This document shows positions 34,593 through 43,276 of a stretch of DNA of 43,489 nt, in pieces. This DNA is from a virus (lineage: Duplodnaviria > Caudoviricetes), in the IMG/VR virus record IMGVR_UViG_3300037408_000257, positions 1-43,489 of that record; one strand, written 5' to 3'. The notes beneath the pieces are model-generated. The model was not told where the DNA came from. It searched no databases and saw only the letters and a program-made list of their open reading frames with translations. The translations under genes and the position numbers were made by a program. Every line of letters begins with the position of its first letter. The stretch's first letter is position 1.

Positions 34593-35140
34593 AGTTTCTG
34601 CACTCCCTCCGAGATCTCGCGAAGCACGTCCTCAATTTCCTCGACCAGGCGCCCGCGGATCGCTTCTGGCTCAGACGCGGCGGCCAGTTCGTGCGCCAAG
34701 CGGTCCGGCAGGCCCTCGAGCGCGGTGCGCAACAGCGTGCCGAGGTTGAGCCCGGAGAGCCGGACATCCGACGCTGCGACGAGCTCGCCGACCGACCGCT
34801 CGTAGTCGGTCTTGGCTTGCAGCGCCAGAAATCGCTCCTTCATCGCGCGCGCGTCCTGGTAGCTCATCTCGGAGCCGTCGCCGGACGTCTCGGCATCCGC
34901 GCCCGGCGCGATATCGGACGTCACCGCGCTGTTGACAGGAGCCGGACGCTCCGCCCGCCAGCGGGCCCGGACTTCCGAGCGGTTCGGATCTTCGGTATCC
35001 CTGATCCGCCGCACCGAGGCCTCGACGTCGACCTTGCCTTCGCGCGTCAACACCAGCCGCCCCTGCTGCTTCAGCTTGGTGACGTAGCCGACGCTGAATC
35101 CCTGCAACGCGGCGAACTGAGACTGGTTGACGGCGGTCAT
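34589..35140 (-). CDS. terS: Terminase small subunit (Nu1-like)
   Basis: N-terminal wHTH NQSQFAAL...YVTKLKQQGRL; SYQDARAMKE...GELV; ATGA coupling to terL. Confidence 0.88.
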   Translation of the reverse strand: MTAVNQSQFAALQGFSVGYVTKLKQQGRLVLTREGKVDVEASVRRIRDTEDPNRSEVRARWRAERPAPVNSAVTSDIAPGADAETSGDGSEMSYQDARAMKERFLALQAKTDYERSVGELVAASDVRLSGLNLGTLLRTALEGLPDRLAHELAAASEPEAIRGRLVEEIEDVLREISEGVQKL

Positions 35141-35149
35141 GGTCGAGAG

Positions 35150-35458
35150 TCACACCACAGGAATATTGTCGGCGATGGCCTCAAGCTTCTTGCCAATAGT
35201 GGCGCAAGTCAGGCTGATGGCGTCATCGATGACTTCTGCCGCAGTACTCACGGACAAAGAAACGTCTTCTCTGGATGATTTAACAGACTACGCTAGATAA
35301 TCGATGGACGCTGCAATTGCGAATTGCCCTACAAGGCTAGGATTACATTTCGCAAAGCCTTCTCCAAACATATCATCCAGCCGTCGAGCGCCTGTGCGCA
35401 GATAGAACTCTGCCGAATCAGCGGACTGTTCAATAGCATGCTGCGCTGTAATTGACAT
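35150..35458 (-). pseudogene. 102-codon hypothetical gene interrupted by an in-frame TAG (35288-35290)
   Basis: GAGG RBS and ATG at 35458; 56 codons, TAG, then 45 more open codons ending 9 nt before terS. Confidence 0.6.
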
Positions 35459-35461
35459 ATT

Positions 35462-35959
35462 TCATACCTCATAGCTGGTCACGAGTTCAGAAAGCACTTC
35501 GAGAGATGGGTCTTCTATCATCTCCCGCAGTTTAACTAGAGCGGTTTGCATGCTTTCTGTCGGAATACTTGCCACCTCTTTACGCACGGATAACGAACGC
35601 ACCGAACTCGGTGCACGCATGGACCCGTCTTTAAGTACGGCATTCTGCGGCGGCCTCAGCAGATGTATATATCTGCTCTCCATAGCGTCCAGGTTCTCAC
35701 GGCGGCATGGCACATACGCGTACGCGTCGAAGTCTTTAGTACCATGCTTATCAATGCGTGCATAAACATTCGTAGACTGGCCGACATAAACGACGCGGCT
35801 ATCTTTAATCAGAAAATATATCCCACTAAACCCACCATACGGGAGCGACCGTTTTACAATCTCGTCCTTACTTAGTAGCGACCATCCTCCCTTTTTTGCA
35901 GCAGCGGCAGCAGTCCTTTTCCAATAAGCCCGCTGCTGAGCACTGGCTACGCGGCGCAT
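35462..35959 (-). CDS. GIY-YIG nuclease domain protein
   Basis: GIYFL...YVGQS...RIDKH...E...I...P..N motif; GAGGAG RBS; lower GC than its flanks. Confidence 0.8.
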   Translation of the reverse strand: MRRVASAQQRAYWKRTAAAAAKKGGWSLLSKDEIVKRSLPYGGFSGIYFLIKDSRVVYVGQSTNVYARIDKHGTKDFDAYAYVPCRRENLDAMESRYIHLLRPPQNAVLKDGSMRAPSSVRSLSVRKEVASIPTESMQTALVKLREMIEDPSLEVLSELVTSYEV

Positions 35960-35990
35960 TGCTCGTCTCCTCTTCAGACGTGAGTGACAC

Positions 35991-36028
35991 GCCCGGCCGT
36001 TGTTACAGCAGCGGCCGGGCTTTTTTTT
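35991..36028 (+). terminator. Rho-independent terminator, antisense to the operon
   Basis: GCCCGGCCGTTGT-TACA-GCAGCGGCCGGGC followed by T8. Confidence 0.75.
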
Positions 36029-36050
36029 GCCCAAACGGGCAGGACTCTTC

Positions 36051-36321
36051 CGTGTGCAGGGCTGTGCAGAGTAATAAAATTACATCGCACAAAATTTCCC
36101 TTTATAAATGAGGCATGTGTAGGGCGTGCAGGGCGTGCAGGGGCATATACGTGTGCGCGCGAATTCGCACACGTCGGAGTGGTGGCGCGTGACTCGTGCG
36201 CGCCTGCGCACGTAAGGCGGGCGTTTTGCCCTGCACAAGGCTGCAAGTCGCTAATTTTTAAGCGGAAAACGTGTGCAAGGCACCCTGCACAAGCCCTGCA
36301 CAGCCCTGCACACCTTGCACA
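36051..36321. repeat. ori: Probable replication origin: TGTGCAGGG-type iterons in both orientations with AT-rich patches
   Basis: About 12 copies of GTGCAGG / CCTGCAC directly downstream of the primase-helicase gene. Confidence 0.75.
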
Positions 36322-36335
36322 AAAAGGCGCGCAAC

Positions 36336-38636
36336 TCATGGCAAGTCCCCATGTTTCAGCGCGTCGGAGAACTTTTCAGTCACATCTCTGAGCCATTCCG
36401 GTGCATCTTTCTCGATTGGCTTGGGGTCGTAGTAGTGCGCCGGCGGATACAGCACCGTCCGCTGTTTGTAGCCCTGGCCGTTCATGATGCGGTCGCGTTT
36501 CTTCTCCACTCCGGGCAGCTTGCTGATCGATGACAGAAAGATGTGCTCCGGCGCGCAGCGATGCACGCCGCAGGCGCCGCCCCATCGCTTGTAGAGCGCG
36601 TAGAGATCGCGCGAAACGACCGGGCCTACCGGCATTTCGAGATCACCATCCAGCCATTCGCGGAAGAATCGTTCGGTGTTGTCGAGGCCGAGGTCGATCA
36701 GGTCGCGCTTGGCGCGCGTATCGGGCGGCTTGGTATGCGGCGAGAAGTCGCCGAGGTCGAGATTCAGCAGATAATCGTGCAGCGCGGCGGCGCCACCCTG
36801 CCGCATCTCGTCGGCAACCTCCTCGTAGAACTCGGCCCCGAGCGGGCCTGGCGTCCACACGACGCAATAACGCCGGTCTTTCTTGTCGAGCTTGGCGATA
36901 TCGACGCGGTTTGAGAAAAACACGAAGTTACAATGGTTCTGCTCCTGGCGCCGCGGCATGTTCTTCGGATTGATCTGCCACTCGCGCTCCGTGATCATGT
37001 TCTTGAGCTTGCCCTGGACGTGATACAGCTCGACGCGGGTCACGACCTCGTTGGCGATGATGAAGAGCTTCGCGCTCGCCCAGTCGTTGAACTTGTCTTC
37101 CAGGTCGTCCTGGTTGATGTTGCCACCGTAGCGGCCATAGATCGCTCGAACGGCGCCGAAAAACAGGTTCTTGCCGGACCCCTCCTCGCCGTGCATCAGG
37201 AGCGCCGTCTGCATCTTGGCGCCCGGATGCTGTAACGGATACGCCAGCCACTTCAGAATCCACTGGTATAGCTCGTCGGCGTTCTCCTCGTTGCCGCAGA
37301 GGTACCGCAGCAGCTCCAGCAGCCGATCACAGCAACCGCTGACCGGCGCCGTTGAAAAGCCTGCCCATAAGTTGCACTCGACATTCGGATCAGAGCCCGT
37401 CGGGTCAAACCCGATCTTTTCCGACGAGACATACCGTCGCGCGGGCGACGCCTGCCACTCCCGAACGCTCTCCTTATTCATGACGTCCGTACGGAGCGCT
37501 GACAGCTTGATGATCATTCGATTGCGCCCGTCCCAGACCATCTCCGTTCCGTAGATCTTGATCATGTGCGCGAGCAGGTCGTTGACATCGCGCGGCACGA
37601 ACAGCGCGGCAGCGCCCCCCTCCGCCCCGTCGAGTTGTCGCGCGGACGGCCCCACCCTGGACGACCACTTCAGCTCAACGAGCTTGCCCTCGATCTGGCT
37701 ACGCACCGTGGCGATGCCCTCAAGGCAATGCAGGTCGTTGAAGTCGGTCAGCTTGCGCTCGCGTTCCAGTGAAAAAATCGGCGCGATCCATGCGCCGTTG
37801 ACCGCAAGTGCGGCGGCCGAGGCTTTGGCTATGCCCGGGTTGCCGTCAGTGAGGAAATCGTCGTCGGCGCAGATCAGGATCCGCGCCTCGCGGTAGCGCT
37901 TGTGGATGATCTCGGCGACCGGCAGGAGGTTGCCGCAGTCGAAGGCAACGACGACCGGAAGGCCGGTGGCCATGTGGAGGCTCGCGCCGGTCGCGTAGCC
38001 TTCGCACAGCAGCACCACCCAGGTCGGCGTGCCGCCGATCAGATGGAACTTGCCTTTTTTCTCGAGGCCGGCTGGCCAGAATTCCTTGTCGCGATCGGTC
38101 TTACGGATGCGGTCGCGGTGAAATTCGCGGGAGAGAATGAACTGGAGACCGAAGACCCGGCCGACGTCGTTGCACATCGGCACCACGACGGCGCCCGACG
38201 GCGAGAACTTGACCCCGAACGGCTGTACACCCTTGCGTTCGAGATACTCGGAGCGACCGGTGACCTCCAGTTGATACCAGATCCGGTCGGCCCGCCTGGC
38301 GGCCCGCTCGATGCCGGCCTTGCGCGCGGCCTCAGCGCAGCGCTGATCCTCGCGCAGTCTGATGCGAAACGCTGCTTTCTGATCATCGGTGAGACCGGTC
38401 GTCTTCCCGAGCTGGATCTTCTGCGCGTTGTTCTCCTGACCACGCCAGATCCCGAACGAGCCGACAAGAACGGTGTCGCCAGAGTCGAGCACCAGTTCGT
38501 GGACGATGTACCACCCGCGCTGCTCCTTGTCGTCAACCGTCCGGCAGCGCTTGAGCCGGCCGACTTCGACGCTCGACACCTGCAACCCGGCGGCCTGCAG
38601 TTGGGAGAGAACGTCCTGGTAGTTCGACCAGCTCAT
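36336..38636 (-). CDS. TOPRIM primase - SF3 helicase fusion (P4 alpha-like, DUF5906-type helicase)
   Basis: CEGYATG, ICADDD and TDFNDL (TOPRIM); GEEGSGKN, IIANE and FFSN (SF3). Confidence 0.92.
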   Translation of the reverse strand: MSWSNYQDVLSQLQAAGLQVSSVEVGRLKRCRTVDDKEQRGWYIVHELVLDSGDTVLVGSFGIWRGQENNAQKIQLGKTTGLTDDQKAAFRIRLREDQRCAEAARKAGIERAARRADRIWYQLEVTGRSEYLERKGVQPFGVKFSPSGAVVVPMCNDVGRVFGLQFILSREFHRDRIRKTDRDKEFWPAGLEKKGKFHLIGGTPTWVVLLCEGYATGASLHMATGLPVVVAFDCGNLLPVAEIIHKRYREARILICADDDFLTDGNPGIAKASAAALAVNGAWIAPIFSLERERKLTDFNDLHCLEGIATVRSQIEGKLVELKWSSRVGPSARQLDGAEGGAAALFVPRDVNDLLAHMIKIYGTEMVWDGRNRMIIKLSALRTDVMNKESVREWQASPARRYVSSEKIGFDPTGSDPNVECNLWAGFSTAPVSGCCDRLLELLRYLCGNEENADELYQWILKWLAYPLQHPGAKMQTALLMHGEEGSGKNLFFGAVRAIYGRYGGNINQDDLEDKFNDWASAKLFIIANEVVTRVELYHVQGKLKNMITEREWQINPKNMPRRQEQNHCNFVFFSNRVDIAKLDKKDRRYCVVWTPGPLGAEFYEEVADEMRQGGAAALHDYLLNLDLGDFSPHTKPPDTRAKRDLIDLGLDNTERFFREWLDGDLEMPVGPVVSRDLYALYKRWGGACGVHRCAPEHIFLSSISKLPGVEKKRDRIMNGQGYKQRTVLYPPAHYYDPKPIEKDAPEWLRDVTEKFSDALKHGDLP

Positions 38637-38769
38637 CGCATCCCTGCATCAAATGGCTATGAGGTGACGACCAGGTCGTGATGATCGGCCGCGGCGCACC
38701 GAAAGCCTCCATTGCTGGTCTTGTAAGTCCATGATTTGACTAACTCCAGACTACACACCCTAGGCAAAA

Positions 38770-38814
38770 AACGCGACTCGCGTTGCCCGCAGGCTGAGAA
38801 GCGCGGAAGGACCC
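38770..38814 (-). other. cos: Lambda-like cos site (cosQ + cosN)
   Basis: GGGTCCT (same as lambda cosQ), 20 nt, then TGCG|GGCAACGCGAGT|CGCG, compared with lambda TACG|GGGCGGCGACCT|CGCG. Confidence 0.7.
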
Positions 38815-38830
38815 GCAAATCCGGCGCGTT

Positions 38831-39049
38831 TCATTCGGGCGCGTGAAAAACTTTTTCATTCGTCGAAACCGAATCCGATTCGTCAGCGAATTCATCCGCC
38901 GGGGAGACGGGGCGCTCTCGTCCATAAAGCTGGCGCAGCGCGTCGCGTTCTTTCTGCGCCGCGCGTGCGGATCGCTTGATCTTTCGGCGCGACGCCATCG
39001 CGCGCAGATACCCGATCGACAGCCGCGCATCATCAAACTTTTTCGCCAT
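38831..39049 (-). CDS. Small basic hypothetical protein
   Basis: GAGG RBS; overlaps the upstream ORF. Confidence 0.55.
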   Translation of the reverse strand: MAKKFDDARLSIGYLRAMASRRKIKRSARAAQKERDALRQLYGRERPVSPADEFADESDSVSTNEKVFHAPE

Positions 39050-39257
39050 CGTCCTCGATGTCGACCGTAAAGCTGGTCATTCCAGGCGGTGTGACAATCC
39101 TGCGATTCTTGACCTGGTCGATCACGCTGCTGATCGATCCGGCCATCAGCACCACGCTCACCGTGTCGCGATCGCCGATCATGCGGACGCGGAATCGCCG
39201 CTGCTTCTGCAGCGACAGCGATTGATACTCGCGCTGTGGTCGTTCGATCATCGCCAT
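39033..39257 (-). CDS. Hypothetical protein
   Basis: GAGG RBS; overlaps its neighbours. Confidence 0.55.
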   Translation of the reverse strand: MAMIERPQREYQSLSLQKQRRFRVRMIGDRDTVSVVLMAGSISSVIDQVKNRRIVTPPGMTSFTVDIEDDGEKV

Positions 39258-39397
39258 CCCGCCTCGCACCTCACGCCGCCCATTGCGCCATCGGCAACCA
39301 TCCGGAAATCCTGGAGAGTTCGCGGCATTACCTCGGCCCACAGGATTCTCCCGGTCGGTTCACAGCGCATCGAGCATCCGTAAACCAATGTCGCCAT
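39248..39397 (-). CDS. 49-aa hypothetical peptide
   Basis: TGATG coupling upstream and ATGA-type overlap downstream. Confidence 0.4.
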   Translation of the reverse strand: MATLVYGCSMRCEPTGRILWAEVMPRTLQDFRMVADGAMGGVRCEAGWR

Positions 39398-39480
39398 CAC
39401 GAAAACCGCCGAATCACGAACAAGAACAGCACCACGACCCACACCACGAAAAACGCGGCCGTCAACAGATGCGGCTTCAT
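39397..39480 (-). CDS. 27-aa single-TM peptide
   Basis: MKPHLLTAAFFVVWVVVLFLFVIRRFS, coupled at both ends. Confidence 0.55.
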   Translation of the reverse strand: MKPHLLTAAFFVVWVVVLFLFVIRRFS

Positions 39481-39617
39481 CCCCACAGCAGCCATCCGAT
39501 GGCGAGCCCAACGACGATCCCGTAGAGCGAGAACATCATGGCCCCGAGCGCCAGCTCCGGCCGGTCTCCCTCGTGCGGATCGTGATAAAGCCTCGGCAAT
39601 CTCGGTGGTCCGCTCAT
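39477..39617 (-). CDS. 46-aa peptide with C-terminal TM helix
   Basis: MSGPPR...LALGAMMFSLYGIVVGLAIGWLLWG, with ATGA overlaps at both ends. Confidence 0.55.
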   Translation of the reverse strand: MSGPPRLPRLYHDPHEGDRPELALGAMMFSLYGIVVGLAIGWLLWG

Positions 39618-39862
39618 GAAAACAGCCGCTTCAGCTCTGAGTTGATCGCCCCGATCGGGACATAGAACGGCTTGTCGGTGATCAGCACCGAGATCCGGTC
39701 ACGCTCCACTTGCACCCTGCCCGTCGCTCGGCCGGAGAACGATCCATCGGGCGCCAGCGTGATGCCTTTCTCCCTCGCCTGCGCCCGAAACCGCTCCCAG
39801 TTCGACGTGATCTGCTGATGCAGGCTCGGCGTGATCGGAAAAATGAGCGTCGTCGGCGTCAT
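39614..39862 (-). CDS. Hypothetical protein
   Basis: ATGA coupling at both ends. Confidence 0.6.
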   Translation of the reverse strand: MTPTTLIFPITPSLHQQITSNWERFRAQAREKGITLAPDGSFSGRATGRVQVERDRISVLITDKPFYVPIGAINSELKRLFS

Positions 39863-40170
39863 GCCGCACCCCGCTTCGGCTTATCCAGCCCCAGCCGGTA
39901 GTAGGCCAGCTGGATCGCCTGGTCGACGTCGGCCTGAACAACACCGTCCGCCTTCCCGGCCCGATTCAGCTCCTCCCAGATCAAGCCGGAGGCCAGATCC
40001 CGCTTCTTCGTGCCAGACTTCCGGTCGGGGATCAGCTGCACCACATACCGATCGGCGATGGGCAGCACCGTCTCGAGCGCGGTTCGCACCTCCGGGCTAA
40101 ACAGCGGCATCAGATACCTGGCGACCAGAGCGCCCGCCAGTCTCAGCAAGATCCTGTAAACCCAACCCAT
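39859..40170 (-). CDS. Holin-like protein (LL-H-type)
   Basis: N-terminal hydrophobic helix; SGTKKRD.A...DVDQAIQLAY pattern; close to the lysozyme gene. Confidence 0.55.
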   Translation of the reverse strand: MGWVYRILLRLAGALVARYLMPLFSPEVRTALETVLPIADRYVVQLIPDRKSGTKKRDLASGLIWEELNRAGKADGVVQADVDQAIQLAYYRLGLDKPKRGAA

Positions 40171-40376
40171 CAGCCTGCCCTCCGTTTGAATTCATCGACT
40201 GGCCGCCAGCCGAAACAGTGATCCGGCTCGAACCAATGCACATCCGAAAAATCCTGATAAGCCTGCCGGTAGAAGGCCGGCGACGTACCGCTGTCCGAAT
40301 GTCGGCCGCACGTTGGCGACCGTCCACAATGCCGCGCCACGCATCGGGATAGCGGCCGGTCACGCTCTTCTGCCAT
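40170..40376 (-). CDS. Small Cys/His-rich hypothetical protein
   Basis: C....C....CGRH...C pattern; TGATG coupling to the next gene. Confidence 0.45.
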   Translation of the reverse strand: MAEERDRPLSRCVARHCGRSPTCGRHSDSGTSPAFYRQAYQDFSDVHWFEPDHCFGWRPVDEFKRRAG

Positions 40377-40851
40377 AGGTGCCTGTCCGCATCTGCTCTG
40401 CCAGCTCCTTTGCCCGGTCGGGCGTCTGCTTCGCCCACTTGCTCTGCAGCATTGCCTTCGCCGCCAGCGCGTACTGCCCGGCACGCACCAGACCGAGCGT
40501 AAATACGAACTTCTTCAGTCCGCCGATACCCATCTGAAACGCCATGTTGCAGAGCGCATCGCACCGCGCCTGGTCCAGCTTCGAGGTCCACGGGATCTGC
40601 GCCATCACCTGTTCGCAGACGCGCGATGCGTCGAGATCCAGCAGCCACAGCGCGCCCTTCAGCGTCACGCTGCTGCCGTTAAATTCCGAGCAGACCTTCT
40701 CGTTCATGCTCAATGGCAGAGCATCCAGGTTGTGGCCGTAGCCGACCGTGCGCGCGCCGGCCGTGCATCGATAGACATACGTCCGCTGCCCCACGACGCG
40801 TCCAAGACCCTCGTGACGCTTCAGCTGTTCGATCAGTTCGTGCGATGGCAT
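40360..40851 (-). CDS. Endolysin, GH24 (T4-like) lysozyme
   Basis: LKRHEG...YRCTAGARTVGYGHNL, NMAFQMG and SKWAKQTPDRA motifs. Confidence 0.92.
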   Translation of the reverse strand: MPSHELIEQLKRHEGLGRVVGQRTYVYRCTAGARTVGYGHNLDALPLSMNEKVCSEFNGSSVTLKGALWLLDLDASRVCEQVMAQIPWTSKLDQARCDALCNMAFQMGIGGLKKFVFTLGLVRAGQYALAAKAMLQSKWAKQTPDRAKELAEQMRTGTYGRRA

Positions 40852-40864
40852 TGCAATCCGCTGC

Positions 40865-41083
40865 TCATGGGTGCGGTCCGCTGTAGCGGTCGGCGTGGTC
40901 ATCGTCGCAGGCTGCCTGTAGCCTGAGTTTGTGACCGTGCACGTAGTCCTCGATCAGCCGGGACAAGAATTCGGATGTCGCCCGGCCCTCGAAGTTGGCG
41001 AGGTGGCAGACGATGGCAAATGTCGAGTCATCGAGAGACACCGACACCCGGTTGAGCCGTTTTCCGAGATGCAGCGCGTTCAT
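40865..41083 (-). CDS. Small ribbon-helix-helix-like regulator (cII position)
   Basis: RVSVSLDD...LA..EGR..SEFL..LI pattern; ATGA coupling to cro. Confidence 0.6.
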   Translation of the reverse strand: MNALHLGKRLNRVSVSLDDSTFAIVCHLANFEGRATSEFLSRLIEDYVHGHKLRLQAACDDDHADRYSGPHP

Positions 41084-41292
41084 GTCATCGACCCTGGAGC
41101 AGGCGGCTCCCAAACATCCGGCCGAATCGTGTGCAGAGGAATGCCGCAGCGCTCGCTGATTTCTCGGGCCATCTTGACAGACGGTCTTCGCTCGCCGTGC
41201 CTCCAGCTCGCCACAGCGCGACGTGACGCGTTAAAAAGCGCCGCGCACTCTTCGTCGCCATGGCTCTTGATGAACTCAATAAATGATTCCAT
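41080..41292 (-). CDS. cro: Cro-like HTH protein
   Basis: 70 aa; AVASWRHGERRPS...IRPDVW; divergent from the repressor. Confidence 0.85.
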   Translation of the reverse strand: MESFIEFIKSHGDEECAALFNASRRAVASWRHGERRPSVKMAREISERCGIPLHTIRPDVWEPPAPGSMT

Positions 41293-41305
41293 CCCTATAT
41301 CATTC

Positions 41306-41353
41306 TCCACGAATCGTGGATTTGTCAAGCATAGCACGCCCACAAATTGTCGC
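41306..41353. promoter_or_regulatory. Right operator pair and cro promoter
   Basis: TCCACGAATCGTGGA (perfect dyad, 41306) and CCCACAAATTGTCGC (41339). TTGACA on the minus strand at 41328-41323 lies between them. Confidence 0.75.
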
Positions 41354-41389
41354 GTGAGTTCCATCGCGCTGCATGAGACAACCGCGTGC

Positions 41390-41839
41390 ATGACAGAATC
41401 CACACGAATGCTTGCGGTCGAAATTGGACGGAGGCTGCGCGCGGCCAGGACGCGAGCTAATTTGAAGCAGAACGAAGCGGCGGCCATGATCCCGGGGCTT
41501 ACGCCGACGCGGCTGAGTAATTACGAGAAGGGCCTCCGTACGCTCGACATCGAGATCGCGAAGAGGTTGGCCACGGCGTATGGCGTATCGGCGGCCTATC
41601 TCCTGACGCTCGAAGAGGCGCCGGCAGATGCCGACCTGGCATGGCTGGTTGAGCTTTATCGGCGCGCTGATGGCAGGGGAAGGCAGGCGATCGTGCGGCT
41701 TGCCGAATACGAGGCGGGAATGTCAGAGTCTTGCCATATCGAACCCGCGGCGGACGACGCCGCGGGTTCCGCGCGAGTCCACGAATCAGTCCCTGAAGGC
41801 TACCTTCAACAGTCCATCACTGACTTAAAGACGGTCTAG
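41390..41839 (+). CDS. CI-like XRE repressor without peptidase domain
   Basis: IGRRLRAAR...RLSNYEKGLR...YGVSAAYLL. Confidence 0.85.
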   Translation: MTESTRMLAVEIGRRLRAARTRANLKQNEAAAMIPGLTPTRLSNYEKGLRTLDIEIAKRLATAYGVSAAYLLTLEEAPADADLAWLVELYRRADGRGRQAIVRLAEYEAGMSESCHIEPAADDAAGSARVHESVPEGYLQQSITDLKTV

Positions 41840-42019
41840 ACCCGATCGCTGCGCATCAACGTTTTCCGCACAGCCTCGCAGGCTCGGCATGAAGGCCCGC
41901 AGTGGTCGATCGCTTTTTGGGCGTAGCTTTCCATGCCGCGAAAATTTAACTACGATAGTCCGCTGGACGACTACTTTTATTGTTTTGACCGTCACAAGTA
42001 CCGCTGTGTCCCGCTGGAC

Positions 42020-42376
42020 ATGAATATCGGAGACAGATTGCGCCAGGCGCGCCTGGAAGCAGGGCTGACACAATCGCAGCTTGCGGAGGCGTCTGTGATC
42101 AGCCAGCAGATGATCTCGAAGATCGAGAGAGGCGCTTCGGTGGGCACTACTTCGCTGGTGCCACTCGCGTTAACCTGCGGGGTGCGGCCGGAATGGCTGC
42201 ACACTGGTATCGGCGCAAAATCTCAGCCGGCGCTACAGGAACAGGAAAGCACTGAGGTTCAGGAGCTGGCGGCCGCCTATGCGACGGCGACGATGTCGCA
42301 GCGTCAAGCGCTGCTGACCATCGCGCGAAGCTTCAAAGCGGGGTCGCCAGACGAGCCGAAGGACGATAAAACTTAG
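42020..42376 (+). CDS. Second XRE-family HTH repressor
   Basis: IGDRLRQARLEAGLTQSQLA...ISKIERG...GVRPEWL.TG. Confidence 0.85.
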   Translation: MNIGDRLRQARLEAGLTQSQLAEASVISQQMISKIERGASVGTTSLVPLALTCGVRPEWLHTGIGAKSQPALQEQESTEVQELAAAYATATMSQRQALLTIARSFKAGSPDEPKDDKT

Positions 42377-43122
42377 CCGGGGTCACACCCGCTTGGCTTT
42401 GCCCAGCTCCGCCTGGGTTTCTTCTTCATCCATTTCTTGGGCACTTCCGGAACCTTGGCGCCGGTCACCCTCTGAAGCTGCTTCGGCGTGACCAGGAATT
42501 TATCCAGGTTGGCACGAGTCGCATCGGTGGTGTTCGGGAACACCCAGGCGATCGTCCGTCCATCGCCGCGGATCACGACCTTCCAGTATTTGTCGGGCGT
42601 TCTGATGCCGTGCGAAGCCAGAAAATAGTCATTTGACTCATCTTCTCCCCAGAAAACCCCGCCCAGCACGAGCAGCTCGTCGATGTCCCGGTAGCACTCG
42701 ATAATCTCCTCGGTCGCCAGCCATGCGCCCCGGTTCAGCGTAGCAGCCATCGGGACGATGTTGGTCATGTAATTCGACTGTCTGAGCGCTAGCTCCGAGT
42801 AATCGAGATGGTTTGCGGGAACCAGGTGGCTTCGCTCATAGGTCGGCGACGCTCCTTCTTCCCTGTGAAACGTGTCCGTGTTGAACGGCTGGCACTCCGG
42901 CGGCACATCGGGATCAAACCAGTAGTCATCCTCACGCGGGAATCCGCCCGTGTCGTGCTGGGCGTTGTACCGGAATCGGACCGCTCCGTGCTGCTCACAA
43001 TCGAGCCATACCGTAAATCCCTCGTGGTCAACTCGCCAGATCGCTGCATCTGATCCAAACGAGGCAAACGACCACAGCAAAACAACGGCGGCCATCGCCG
43101 CCTGAAAAAAGCGACCGTCCAT
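42373..43122 (-). CDS. Secreted DNA/RNA non-specific endonuclease (NucA/Serratia type)
   Basis: Signal peptide; YERSHLVP, MTNIVPM...LNRGAW...E and PDKYWKV motifs; GGAGG RBS. Confidence 0.88.
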   Translation of the reverse strand: MDGRFFQAAMAAVVLLWSFASFGSDAAIWRVDHEGFTVWLDCEQHGAVRFRYNAQHDTGGFPREDDYWFDPDVPPECQPFNTDTFHREEGASPTYERSHLVPANHLDYSELALRQSNYMTNIVPMAATLNRGAWLATEEIIECYRDIDELLVLGGVFWGEDESNDYFLASHGIRTPDKYWKVVIRGDGRTIAWVFPNTTDATRANLDKFLVTPKQLQRVTGAKVPEVPKKWMKKKPRRSWAKPSGCDPG

Positions 43123-43276
43123 CTGAATCCTCCGGTTGCAAAGGTACGCCACAACGGCTGGGGCCATGCAATCGCTGGCACCAAGATCATGCCGATGGGT
43201 GCTGATGCGCTGATACCGATTTCCGTGGTACTCCGCTGAAAATTTAGCCCGGACCGCTCACCCCCTTGATGAGGTC

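Noticed and set aside
35288-35290. Genome-wide TAG reassignment
   Set aside because: TAG ends several tightly packed genes (for example at 7987, 13844 and 42376), no suppressor tRNA is present, and core genes are uninterrupted.
36051-36321. CRISPR array, or the short ORFs 35974-36339 and 35984-36391
   Set aside because: The repeats are 7-9 bp, irregularly spaced and in both orientations; the Cys/Ala-rich ORFs are by-products of the iterons.
40931-41389. N-terminal extension of the repressor (302-aa ORF)
   Set aside because: It overlaps cro and the operators on the opposite strand; the HTH begins near 41390.
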